A DNA stretch of 43,979 bases from contig CAZMBK010000001.1 in the NCBI GenBank assembly GCA_964564315.1, positions 1 to 43,979 on the forward strand, read 5' to 3'. Shown here piece by piece: positions 1 through 9,282 of this stretch. The stretch's first letter is position 1. Every line of letters begins with the position of its first letter. Source of the DNA: an uncultured Sulfurimonas sp. (lineage in GTDB: Bacteria; Campylobacterota; Campylobacteria; Campylobacterales; Sulfurimonadaceae). Under the pieces are notes generated by a model. The model did not search any database. It was not told the DNA's origin and worked only from the letters and a program-made list of their open reading frames with translations. A program made the translations under genes and the position numbers.

Positions 1-2
1 TT

Positions 3-1106
3 ATTATTCATCCTGAAACTACAGATGCTATTTTTCTTATAAGAGAGTCTCTTTTCCCTCTTTTGGTGGCCCTTTTACTCTATATAGTTATGAATGTAAT
101 GCATCAGACACAGATTTCTGAAAATGCAAGATATCAAGAGGAATTTAGTAAAATTTTAGTCTCTGAAATAACAGAGCTTAAAGAGTTTATTCTTGAGATA
201 GAAGAGAAAATGAATCACACTCAATCCTTAGAACGAAATTCTCAAGAAGAAATTCGTATAAAATTTAAAGAGGATATTCAAGCACTAGACAGTATTCAAT
301 CGAATCAAATAGAGTTTATTGAGAAGTTTGATGCAATGGAGTCTTGGCATAAAGATGTAAGTAAAGCATTTGAATATTTTACAGTAGAGCAACTTCCTGA
401 ACTTGATAATGTAGTACATAAGCATATAGATATCTTGAGAATAGCTGAACAAGATCACTACAATAAACTTACAAAGTTACTGCAAAATGCGGTAGAGAGT
501 AGGGTTGATATCTCTGAAGATATCGATACACTAACAGCAGATATAGAAAAGATCAGAAGAGTTTCTCATGAAATTGCTAAAAACATAACAGAGGAGACTT
601 TAGGAAAGATGCAGGGTGTCACTAAAGTAGTAGAGATGCAACTCTCTAAGTTAAAGTCACATACAGAGGGTGTTGATACTAGCTTGAGTGAGAGTGAACA
701 AAGACTCGATACTATTCGAAAACAGAGTGAAATCATTATGAATCAGATGGTACTCTCAACAAACAGAATGCAGGAGTTACAATTACAAAATAGTGAATTG
801 CATGATATTTATAGCACACTCAAAGAGATTGTAAAAGATGTAGAGGTTGTAAAGTCTGACTATGTAAAAGCGCAGGCACAGCTAGAAGCTATTAGTAGTG
901 ATTTAGCAAAAGGTAAAGAGAAGCAGATTGATGAGATGAAACAAAATATAGAAGAGTTAAGTATTTCTCTCTCTAAAAAGATAGATGACTCTTTAGAAAA
1001 ACTTCATGAGCATTATCATATTGCTGAAGGGGAGATAAGTCCTAGCTTGAAGATGCTTGCAAAACGTGTTCAGGTAAAGAGTGGTTATGGTGATTTTGAG
1101 AGCTAA
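3..1106 (+). CDS. Membrane-anchored coiled-coil hypothetical protein (5'-truncated by window edge)
   Basis: The frame is open from position 3 (IIHPETTDAIFLIRESLFPLLVALLLYIVM...), upstream of the listed TTG at 63. A hydrophobic segment is followed by ~300 aa of E/K/Q/L-rich heptad sequence. Confidence 0.75.
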   Translation: MIHPETTDAIFLIRESLFPLLVALLLYIVMNVMHQTQISENARYQEEFSKILVSEITELKEFILEIEEKMNHTQSLERNSQEEIRIKFKEDIQALDSIQSNQIEFIEKFDAMESWHKDVSKAFEYFTVEQLPELDNVVHKHIDILRIAEQDHYNKLTKLLQNAVESRVDISEDIDTLTADIEKIRRVSHEIAKNITEETLGKMQGVTKVVEMQLSKLKSHTEGVDTSLSESEQRLDTIRKQSEIIMNQMVLSTNRMQELQLQNSELHDIYSTLKEIVKDVEVVKSDYVKAQAQLEAISSDLAKGKEKQIDEMKQNIEELSISLSKKIDDSLEKLHEHYHIAEGEISPSLKMLAKRVQVKSGYGDFES

Positions 1107-1246
1107 ATAGTGTAAAAGAACTTTTTTTCTTGAAATGCGAATTTTTTTTAGAGGCTAATATTTTTAATTTTTATCAATAAAAGCACTCTTTAACAAAAAT
1201 ATAGGTAAAATCGCAGTAATTATACTTAAATAAAAGAGATATTATT

Positions 1247-3265
1247 ATGCTAAAACCATTACTTATTGAGATAGGGGTTGAAGAACTTCCTGCTGTTCCA
1301 CTTTTAAAAGAACTAAAAAATATTAGTAAAAAATATGCGAATATTTTAGAGAAACACTCCCTTTTAGGTGAGTTTGAATTTTATTACACACCGAGACGTC
1401 TTGTAGTTTGGCATAGAGAGTTTAAAGTAGCTCAAGAAGATAGTGTTGAGGAATTTTTTGGAGCTCCTTTATCTGTAGCCTATAAAAATGGTGAACCAAC
1501 TCCTGCCGCAAATGGCTTTGCCAAAAAATGTGGGGTGGCTCTTGATGCATTAAGTTCTATAGAGAAGGGTGGTAAAGAAGTTCTTTATTATAGAAAAGAT
1601 GTGAAAGGAAAAGCATCTACTGAGTTATTACCAGAAATAATAACATCGTGGATTAACTCTTTAGAGTTTGGAAAAACAATGCGTTGGGGAAGTTCAAGTC
1701 AAAGTTTTATTCGCCCAATACGTTGGGTAAATGTTATGCTTGATGATAGACTTGTCCCTTTTACTCTTTTTGATGTTGTCTCAGCAAAACATACTTTTGT
1801 GCATCGTATATCAAAGTTTGGTTCTTTAGAAATTAGTGGTGCAAAAGAGTACTTTGAAGTACTTAAAAAGGGTGGTGTGACACTTTTTCCCGATGAGAGG
1901 GCAGATAAAATAAAAGCTGATTTTAAAGCGATAGAGTCTCAAAACTCTTTAGATATTGAAGTGGATGAGGCATTGTTTGAAGAGGTTGTAGCCATTACAG
2001 AAAATCCTACTGCACTTTTGGGATCTTTTGATGCTAGTTTTTTAAGACTCCCTCCTGAAGTTATTATTACCTCTATGAAAGAGCATCAGCGTTACTTTCC
2101 TGTCTTTAAAGATGCTAAGCTCTTAAATAAATTTGTAGTAGTTTCAAATGCACTTACAGATGATTTTTCAGAAGTTATAGCTGGGAATGAAGTAGTACTT
2201 CGTCCACGTTTAGCAGATGCACTCTTCTTTTGGGATAATGACCTTAAAAATGGGCTCAGCACAAAAGGCTTAGAAAAAATAACATTCTTTAAAGGTCTTG
2301 GAACAGTTAGTGATAAAATAGCTCGTGAGGGTGTAATAGCCAAAAAATTATATGAAAAATATGGTTTAGGAAGTGATACAAGTGATCTTAATCGTGCTAT
2401 TGCATTAGCAAAAGCTGACCTTATGAGTGAGATGGTCTATGAGTTTACTGAGCTTCAGGGACTTATGGGTGGGTACTATGCGCTAGAGCAGGGTGAGAAT
2501 GAAGCAGTTGCTACGGCTATTGCTGAGCAGTATCTCCCCGATGGTGAAGAGAGTGCACTTCCCTCTACCCCTTTGAGTGCAATTGTTGCTATGAGTATAA
2601 AACTCGATACACTTTTAGCACTCTTTAGTGTAAACCAAATACCTACAGGTTCGAGAGATCCTTTTGCCCTTAGACGTGCAGTAAATGGAATAATGCGTAT
2701 AGTCAATGAGTTTCATTTCGAATTTAATATTGTAGAGACTATGAAGGAGTTGTCGGAGAACTATGCTGCAATAGATTTAGAAAAATTAGAGCGTTTTATA
2801 CTTGAACGTCTTAAACGTTACTACTCTGTAAATCCTTCTGTTATTGAAGCTGTTCTTGCTTCTGGAGAGAGAGGTTTACTTGCTCTTGGTAGTAAAATAG
2901 AAGCACTCGACACACTTGTAAACTCTGAAGGTTTTGATGAGGTAAGTGCAACATTTAAACGTGTAGCGAACATTACAAAAGATTTAGATTTAAGAGATGA
3001 GTTGCTAGTAGATGATAGACTCTTTGAAGAGGATGTTGAGCAAGAGTTGTTCAGTAGATTTAGTGCTGTAAATGAGACTCTTTATAGCTCTTTTGAAGAG
3101 GAACTAGATGCTCTTTTGGGTTTAAAACCAGAATTAGATAACTTTTTTACAAATGTCATGGTAAATGTAGAAAATAAGGCAGTTCGAATGAACCGAAAAG
3201 CTTTAGTGGCAAATATTTATAAAAGTATTCTTAAAATAGCAGATATTAAAGAAGTGAGTATTTAA
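1247..3265 (+). CDS. glyS: Glycine--tRNA ligase beta subunit
   Basis: Motifs LLIEIGVEELP, TPRRL, MRWG, FIRPIRW, HQRYFP, EFTELQG and GSRDPFALRR; 672 aa. Confidence 0.98.
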   Translation: MLKPLLIEIGVEELPAVPLLKELKNISKKYANILEKHSLLGEFEFYYTPRRLVVWHREFKVAQEDSVEEFFGAPLSVAYKNGEPTPAANGFAKKCGVALDALSSIEKGGKEVLYYRKDVKGKASTELLPEIITSWINSLEFGKTMRWGSSSQSFIRPIRWVNVMLDDRLVPFTLFDVVSAKHTFVHRISKFGSLEISGAKEYFEVLKKGGVTLFPDERADKIKADFKAIESQNSLDIEVDEALFEEVVAITENPTALLGSFDASFLRLPPEVIITSMKEHQRYFPVFKDAKLLNKFVVVSNALTDDFSEVIAGNEVVLRPRLADALFFWDNDLKNGLSTKGLEKITFFKGLGTVSDKIAREGVIAKKLYEKYGLGSDTSDLNRAIALAKADLMSEMVYEFTELQGLMGGYYALEQGENEAVATAIAEQYLPDGEESALPSTPLSAIVAMSIKLDTLLALFSVNQIPTGSRDPFALRRAVNGIMRIVNEFHFEFNIVETMKELSENYAAIDLEKLERFILERLKRYYSVNPSVIEAVLASGERGLLALGSKIEALDTLVNSEGFDEVSATFKRVANITKDLDLRDELLVDDRLFEEDVEQELFSRFSAVNETLYSSFEEELDALLGLKPELDNFFTNVMVNVENKAVRMNRKALVANIYKSILKIADIKEVSI

Positions 3266-3280
3266 CTCATTTTTTTATTT

Positions 3281-3312
3281 AAAGTATAATATTATATTAT
3301 ACTTTTTTCTTT
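3281..3312 (+). terminator. AT-rich inverted repeat plus T-tract downstream of glyS (probable intrinsic terminator)
   Basis: AAAGTATAATA (3281-3291), TTA loop, TATTATACTTT (3295-3305), then a T-rich run. Confidence 0.5.
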
Positions 3313-3427
3313 TCCTCTCCCTTTTTCACGCACTTTTTCTTTAATTAGTATTATTTTAAATCTTACGTCTATAGTTTTATAAATTTTGTAGTAATATAAG
3401 AGATATTGCAAGCAAGGAGAAAATATT

Positions 3428-4810
3428 ATGAAAAATATTTTTTATCTCTCTCTCTTTACATCTGCACTCTTTGCCGGTGTAACACAAACCAGTGATGGTA
3501 CTTTTATAGATCTTTATGCAAATAAAGATAATCGATCAAATATTATAGCAACAGTCTCTACTGATAAAGGTGATCTCATAAAGCAGCGTTGTTACTCTAC
3601 TCGTACATCGGAGCGATGGTGTAAGGTAAAGTATATCTATAAAGATATTACATTGCATGCTTACACGGATGAAGCCTCACTTTTAAGTACCTACCGTACT
3701 ACAAAAACAAAAACTACTTTTGCTGTAAGTTATGGTGGTCGTTATGATGAAGAAGGGAATGACATTATCGCTTTAGATGATGGCTTTTTGGTAGTTGGAT
3801 CTACTGCAAGCTTTGGTGATGGACAGAAAGATGCTTATGTTGTAAAAATAGATAAGTTTGGTAACAAAGAGTACTCTTTAGCACTTGGTGGTAGTTCAAA
3901 TGATGAAGCGAACGCGGTAGTTGCACTCAAAAATAGTTATATGCTTACTGGATACAGTGGTAGTTATGGAAATGGGGTAGAGAGCCTTTTTGTAGCTAGA
4001 ATTAAAAATAATGGTACTGTTTTATGGCAAAAAGGGTATTACTCAGATAAAGATGATTACTATCGTGGAAATGATATAGTAAAAATTTCTGATGAAAATA
4101 CTTTAGTTGCAGGGTATGAAAATCATGTACAATTTTTTGCTTCTGAGACAAATATTTATGTAAATGCCATAAATTCTGAGGGGCAACGAAATGGGATTAA
4201 ACGCTATGGTGGCTCAAAAGTAGATGAAGCAAACTCCATTATTAAAACGACAGATGGCTACCTTATAGCGGGTATGACAAAAACTTGGGGTCGTGGTGGA
4301 GAAGATGCATATCTCATTAAGCTTGATAAAGAGGGAAATAGAGTTTGGCATAACACATACGGTTATCGTTTTGATGAAGTTTTTCATCAGGTTATAGCAA
4401 CTGATGATGGCGGTTATATTGCTGTTGGTACAACAGATAGTGACATACGAAATCAGCAAGATATTTATGTCGTTAAGATAAGTGCAGATGGAAAAGAGCA
4501 GTGGAGTGGACACTATGGATCTCGCGAAGATGAAGAGGGCTTTGGCATAGTCCAAAGTTCAGATGGTTATGTAATAGCCGGATATACAAAAGATACAGAG
4601 AGTTATAGTAGTGATGCATATCTCTTAAAACTGAACAAGGATGGAAAAGTGATCTGGAATAGAAAGTATGGATTAGACAAAAATGATGTGGCAAAGGCGA
4701 TTATAAAAACAGAGGATGGATATATAGTGACAGGGTATAAAACATCTTTAGAAACATACAGTAAAGATCTTTACATCTTAAAAGTAAACAATAATGGGTA
4801 TATAAATTAA
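3428..4810 (+). CDS. Secreted protein with N-terminal SH3-like domain and 7-repeat beta-propeller
   Basis: Signal peptide MKNIFYLSLFTSALFA; AAGGAG RBS; 'RCY...WCKVKY' SH3b-like segment; seven ~50-aa repeats of the form YGxxxDExxxxIxxxxDGYxxxG. Confidence 0.8.
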   Translation: MKNIFYLSLFTSALFAGVTQTSDGTFIDLYANKDNRSNIIATVSTDKGDLIKQRCYSTRTSERWCKVKYIYKDITLHAYTDEASLLSTYRTTKTKTTFAVSYGGRYDEEGNDIIALDDGFLVVGSTASFGDGQKDAYVVKIDKFGNKEYSLALGGSSNDEANAVVALKNSYMLTGYSGSYGNGVESLFVARIKNNGTVLWQKGYYSDKDDYYRGNDIVKISDENTLVAGYENHVQFFASETNIYVNAINSEGQRNGIKRYGGSKVDEANSIIKTTDGYLIAGMTKTWGRGGEDAYLIKLDKEGNRVWHNTYGYRFDEVFHQVIATDDGGYIAVGTTDSDIRNQQDIYVVKISADGKEQWSGHYGSREDEEGFGIVQSSDGYVIAGYTKDTESYSSDAYLLKLNKDGKVIWNRKYGLDKNDVAKAIIKTEDGYIVTGYKTSLETYSKDLYILKVNNNGYIN

Positions 4811-7005
4811 TGATGTGGTTACTATTAGCACTGAGTGTTTTCTCTATTGCAGCTTTTGCTGCACAGCATTTTTACTGGAAAAAAAAGATTCAAGAGGAAT
4901 TTTCAAATAATGAAGATGCTCTTTTTAGTTTTGAGTATCTATTTAACAACACTATAGAATCTATTATTATTTTTGAAAATGATAGTTGTGTTGCTATTAA
5001 CGAGTCTGGAGTAAAGCTTTTTGGATTTGAAAATATGGAGGATGCATTAGGATGTACGCTTTTTGATTTTATTGAAGCAGATTCTTTGAAACTTGTTAAA
5101 AAACATATATTAAGCCGCTCTACTGAAGTATATGAGAGTGAAGCAATTAAGCAAAATGAGACTCCATTCCCTGTTTTAGTACAAAATATTTATGATGATA
5201 GCCAAGGTTCTCGTAAGGGGATTATGTCTCTTATTGATATTAGTGATTTAAAAGAGAAAGAGAAAGATTTAAAACTAGAAAAACTTAAAGTACAAGAGTC
5301 TGAAAAAGCAAAGTCAAATTTTATTGCAAATATGTCACATGAGATACGTACTCCAATGAATGGAATTATTGGAATGACACACTTGTTAACGCAGACTACA
5401 CTTGATAATCAACAAAAACACTATATTAGAACGATACACTCCTCTTCAAATTCACTCTTAAATATCATTAATGATATCTTGGATTTTTCTAAAATAGAAG
5501 ATGGTGAACTCACAATTGATGAGACAAGTTTTAATCTTAAAGAGCTTATTTCTGATGTGGCAGGAGTTGTGCAGTCGAAAGTACATGAAAAATCACTTGA
5601 GTGTCAAATACACTATGCAGATGATCTTCCAATTTATCTCAAAGGGGATAGATTAAGAATATCTCAAGTACTTATAAATTTACTCAATAATGCTATTAAG
5701 TTTACAGATGATGGTTTTATTCGTTTAGATATTTCAAATGATGGTGTACGTTATAAATTTAAGGTAATTGACACTGGTATTGGGATGAGTGAAGAGCAAC
5801 AGCAAAATCTTTTTAAAGTTTTTAATCAAGCCGATACAAGTACTACAAGAAAGTATGGAGGTGCAGGACTGGGTCTTAGCCTTTCAAAAAATCTTGCTCG
5901 TCTTATGGGTGGAAATATTGCTATAGAGAGTGTAGAACATAAAGGTTCTACATTTACACTTGAAGTAAAACTTTCACAAGTAGCACAAGAGGATATTACT
6001 AAAGATAGAAAGCTTAGTATTGATGATGAACGTTCTTTAAAAGATTCTACGATTCTTCTTGTTGAAGATAATAAAAGTAATCAAGAGATACTTGTTGGAT
6101 TGCTTAAAAAAAGTGGCATTCGCATAGATATTGCGGACAATGGGCAAGAGGCCTTGGAGATGTTTCAAGCAAATAAATATGCTCTTATTCTTATGGATAT
6201 TCATATGCCTATTATGGATGGTTTTGAAGCAACCCGTCGTATTCGTGAGATAAGTCAAACGATTCCTATTATTGCACTTACTGCAGATGTTATGAAAGAA
6301 GATATAGAAGAGACAAAAAAAGTGGGAATGAATGAGTATTTACATAAACCAGTTGAAGTAGATGCTCTTTGTGAAACGCTCCTTAAGTATATCACTACAA
6401 ATGTCAAAGTAGAGAAAAAAACAGAGGAAAAAGCAGATATTTTTCAAGAAGAAGAGCCTTGGGCTACTTTTAATAAGTTTAAATATATTGATACTGAAAT
6501 AGGTCTTTTACACCTTGCAAATGATGAGCAACTTTATCTTAAAATATTAGATGATTTTAAAAATGCTTATAGCGGAATTAAGCTTGAAGAGCTAGAATCT
6601 AAAGAGTTTAAACGTGAGATGCATACTATTAAAGGATTAAGTGCGACCATAGGGGCAACAGCACTAAATCTTATTGTCCATGAGTTGAATAGTAATGAGG
6701 CAGCTGGCTTACTTCCTAGATTTTATGAAGCACTTAATAATGTTCTCTCTGACTTAGCACTTGTAAAGCAAGAAAAATACGAGCAAAAAGGCTCTATAGA
6801 GATGACAAATATAAAACGTCAAGAGCTTTTAGGAAAATTTATAGCAGCGGTTTCTACAAAAAAACCAAAAGAGTGTGCAGTAGTGATTGCTGAGGTTGAG
6901 GAGTATGAATTGAGTGAAGCTGACTTACATAAATTTATACAAGTAGAAAAATTAGTGAAAAAATATAAATTTAAAGAGGCATTGGAGCTACTAAAAGATG
7001 TCTAA
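4810..7005 (+). CDS. Hybrid sensor histidine kinase (TM-PAS-HisKA-HATPase-REC-HPt)
   Basis: H-box FIANMSHEIRTPMNG, N-box NLLNNAIKFT, DTGIG, GGAGLGL; REC (VEDN...LMDIHMP...KP); HPt motif HTIKGLSATIGA. Confidence 0.93.
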   Translation: MMWLLLALSVFSIAAFAAQHFYWKKKIQEEFSNNEDALFSFEYLFNNTIESIIIFENDSCVAINESGVKLFGFENMEDALGCTLFDFIEADSLKLVKKHILSRSTEVYESEAIKQNETPFPVLVQNIYDDSQGSRKGIMSLIDISDLKEKEKDLKLEKLKVQESEKAKSNFIANMSHEIRTPMNGIIGMTHLLTQTTLDNQQKHYIRTIHSSSNSLLNIINDILDFSKIEDGELTIDETSFNLKELISDVAGVVQSKVHEKSLECQIHYADDLPIYLKGDRLRISQVLINLLNNAIKFTDDGFIRLDISNDGVRYKFKVIDTGIGMSEEQQQNLFKVFNQADTSTTRKYGGAGLGLSLSKNLARLMGGNIAIESVEHKGSTFTLEVKLSQVAQEDITKDRKLSIDDERSLKDSTILLVEDNKSNQEILVGLLKKSGIRIDIADNGQEALEMFQANKYALILMDIHMPIMDGFEATRRIREISQTIPIIALTADVMKEDIEETKKVGMNEYLHKPVEVDALCETLLKYITTNVKVEKKTEEKADIFQEEEPWATFNKFKYIDTEIGLLHLANDEQLYLKILDDFKNAYSGIKLEELESKEFKREMHTIKGLSATIGATALNLIVHELNSNEAAGLLPRFYEALNNVLSDLALVKQEKYEQKGSIEMTNIKRQELLGKFIAAVSTKKPKECAVVIAEVEEYELSEADLHKFIQVEKLVKKYKFKEALELLKDV

Positions 7006-7873
7006 AAATGTCCTCGTTGTTGATGATACTGAAACAAATATAGATATTCTTATAGAGCTCTTAGGTGATATTTATGAGGTTTTTGTAGCAACTGATGGTG
7101 AAATAGCATTAGAGATAGTCAATGATGAAAAGATAGATGTTATACTCTTGGATATTATGATGCCAGATATGGATGGGTATGAAGTCTGTAGACATATTAA
7201 AGCAAAGAGTAGAACGAAGGATATTCCGGTTATTTTTATAACTGCAAAAACGGATGAGGCTTCTATTGAGAGAGCATATGAAGCAGGTGGCATAGATTTT
7301 GTGACAAAACCTTTTAAACCTAGGGAGTTATTAGTCAGAATTAAGACACAGCTTGATATACGAGCACTTATTTACAATTTAGATCAGTTAGCATCTTATG
7401 ATATGATGACAGGTATTTATAATAGAAGAAAGTTTTTTGAACTCTCTGAAGCACTTTTCAAAGATAAAAAAGAGAACCTTTATGCCGTAATGATAGATAT
7501 AGATAAATTTAAAAATATTAATGACACTTATGGTCACTCTGTTGGTGATGTTGTGATTAAAAAAGTGGCTGAAGTTGTTGAAAAAAATATTATTAATGCA
7601 ACTGTTTTTGGGCGTATTGGGGGTGAGGAGTTTGCAATTATTTGTCATGAAACTTCTTCTGATAGAGTGGAGGAGAAGATAGATTCACTTCGTAAAATGG
7701 TAGAAGCATTAGAGATAAATATAGAAAATAATGAAGTGATAAAAGTAACAATAAGTGAAGGAGTCTCTGCAGCAGATGAGGAGACAAAAACACTGGACGA
7801 TCTTTTAAAACGTGCTGATGAAGCACTCTATGATGCAAAGGGAAGTGGTAGAAATAGGGTTGTATTTCGATGA
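6998..7873 (+). CDS. Response regulator diguanylate cyclase (REC-GGDEF)
   Basis: REC (VVDD...LLDIMMP...TKP); DIDKFKNINDTYGH, RIGGEEF, ALYDAKGSGRN. No RxxD I-site. Confidence 0.93.
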   Translation: MSKNVLVVDDTETNIDILIELLGDIYEVFVATDGEIALEIVNDEKIDVILLDIMMPDMDGYEVCRHIKAKSRTKDIPVIFITAKTDEASIERAYEAGGIDFVTKPFKPRELLVRIKTQLDIRALIYNLDQLASYDMMTGIYNRRKFFELSEALFKDKKENLYAVMIDIDKFKNINDTYGHSVGDVVIKKVAEVVEKNIINATVFGRIGGEEFAIICHETSSDRVEEKIDSLRKMVEALEINIENNEVIKVTISEGVSAADEETKTLDDLLKRADEALYDAKGSGRNRVVFR

Positions 7874-9279
7874 TAAAAATTCTTTTTATTATGATTTTCT
7901 CTTTTAGTGCACTTCACTCAAGTATAAAAGAGTCCATTGTAAAAATTTACACAGTCTCTAAAGTACCAAATTACCTCACTCCTTGGAATACAAGCATTAA
8001 ACGCTCCCATGGGTCAGGAAGTATTATATCTGGTAATCGTATATTAACAAATGCTCATGTTGTAGCGAATGAAACATTTATAGAGGTAAAACGTTATGGG
8101 GAGACAAAACGCTATGAGGCTGAGGTCGAATTTATTTCACATCAGGCAGATTTAGCACTGCTAAAAGTAAAAGAAAAGGGATTTTTTAAAGATGCACATG
8201 CTTTAGAATTGGGTTCACTTCCTACTGTTCAAGAGGAAGTAACCGTTTATGGTTTTCCTATGGGTGGAAACTCTTTAAGTGTTAGTAAGGGAATAGTCTC
8301 TCGTATTGAACATAATCGTTATGCCCACTCAAGAGAGCGTTTTTTAGCTATACAAATAGATGCAGCAGTTAATCCTGGAAATAGTGGAGGTCCTGCTATA
8401 AGTGATGGAAAAATAGTTGGTGTAGTTATGCAGCAGATCACAAAGAGTCAAAGTATAGGCTATCTTGTCCCTACTGAAATAGTCAAACACTTTTTAAAAG
8501 ATATTGATGATGGTGTTTACGATGGATTTGGTCATTTAGGATTTGCAACACAGAAAATGGAAAATGAAGCGATCCGTAGTGTGTATAAGATGAAAAAAGA
8601 TATGAGTGGTGTTATGGTTATGGATATCTCTAAAAAATCTTCTGTATTTGGTGTTTTTCAAAATGGTGACATACTCCTAAGTATTGATGCTCATCAAATT
8701 AAAAATGATGGAACAGTAGAGTTTATACCCGAGCAGTTTACCTCTTTAATTTACTATGTTGATGAGAAACAGTTGGGTGAGAGTGTGGTATTTGAGATAC
8801 TTAGAGATGGCAAACATAAAACAATTACGGTGAAAATAACAAACATAGCAGATGATGATCTTCTAGTCAATACAGTAGAGCATGATGTTATGCCAAGATA
8901 TACCATTTATGGTGGTTATGTTTTTTCTCCTTTGAGTCGTAATCTCCTTTTAGCTACAAGAGCATCCCTCTCTCTCCGAGTAGCATCGAGTAAGTGGGCA
9001 ACTCCAGAAAAAGATGAAGAGGTTCTTCTCTTAAAAGTTTTAGCAGATAAAAGTAATAGAGGAAATCATAATTTTTCTCTCTGGTTAATAGATAAAATAG
9101 ATGGAAAAAGTTTTAAAGATTTTAGAGCATTTAACAAGATACTTCATAACTTTAAGGGTAAGTTTCTTATTTTAGAAAATAGTGATGGTGTTAAGGTTGC
9201 CATAGAGAGAGAAACAGCAGAAAAAGCAAATCCTGAAATTTTGAAACGTTATAGTATTAGAAGTGCTACTAATGAGTAA
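7870..9279 (+). CDS. DegP/HtrA-family trypsin-like serine protease with PDZ domains
   Basis: Signal peptide; catalytic triad motifs LTNAHVV, ADLALL, NPGNSGGP; C-terminal PDZ-like region. Confidence 0.9.
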   Translation: MIKILFIMIFSFSALHSSIKESIVKIYTVSKVPNYLTPWNTSIKRSHGSGSIISGNRILTNAHVVANETFIEVKRYGETKRYEAEVEFISHQADLALLKVKEKGFFKDAHALELGSLPTVQEEVTVYGFPMGGNSLSVSKGIVSRIEHNRYAHSRERFLAIQIDAAVNPGNSGGPAISDGKIVGVVMQQITKSQSIGYLVPTEIVKHFLKDIDDGVYDGFGHLGFATQKMENEAIRSVYKMKKDMSGVMVMDISKKSSVFGVFQNGDILLSIDAHQIKNDGTVEFIPEQFTSLIYYVDEKQLGESVVFEILRDGKHKTITVKITNIADDDLLVNTVEHDVMPRYTIYGGYVFSPLSRNLLLATRASLSLRVASSKWATPEKDEEVLLLKVLADKSNRGNHNFSLWLIDKIDGKSFKDFRAFNKILHNFKGKFLILENSDGVKVAIERETAEKANPEILKRYSIRSATNE

Positions 9280-9282
9280 TTT

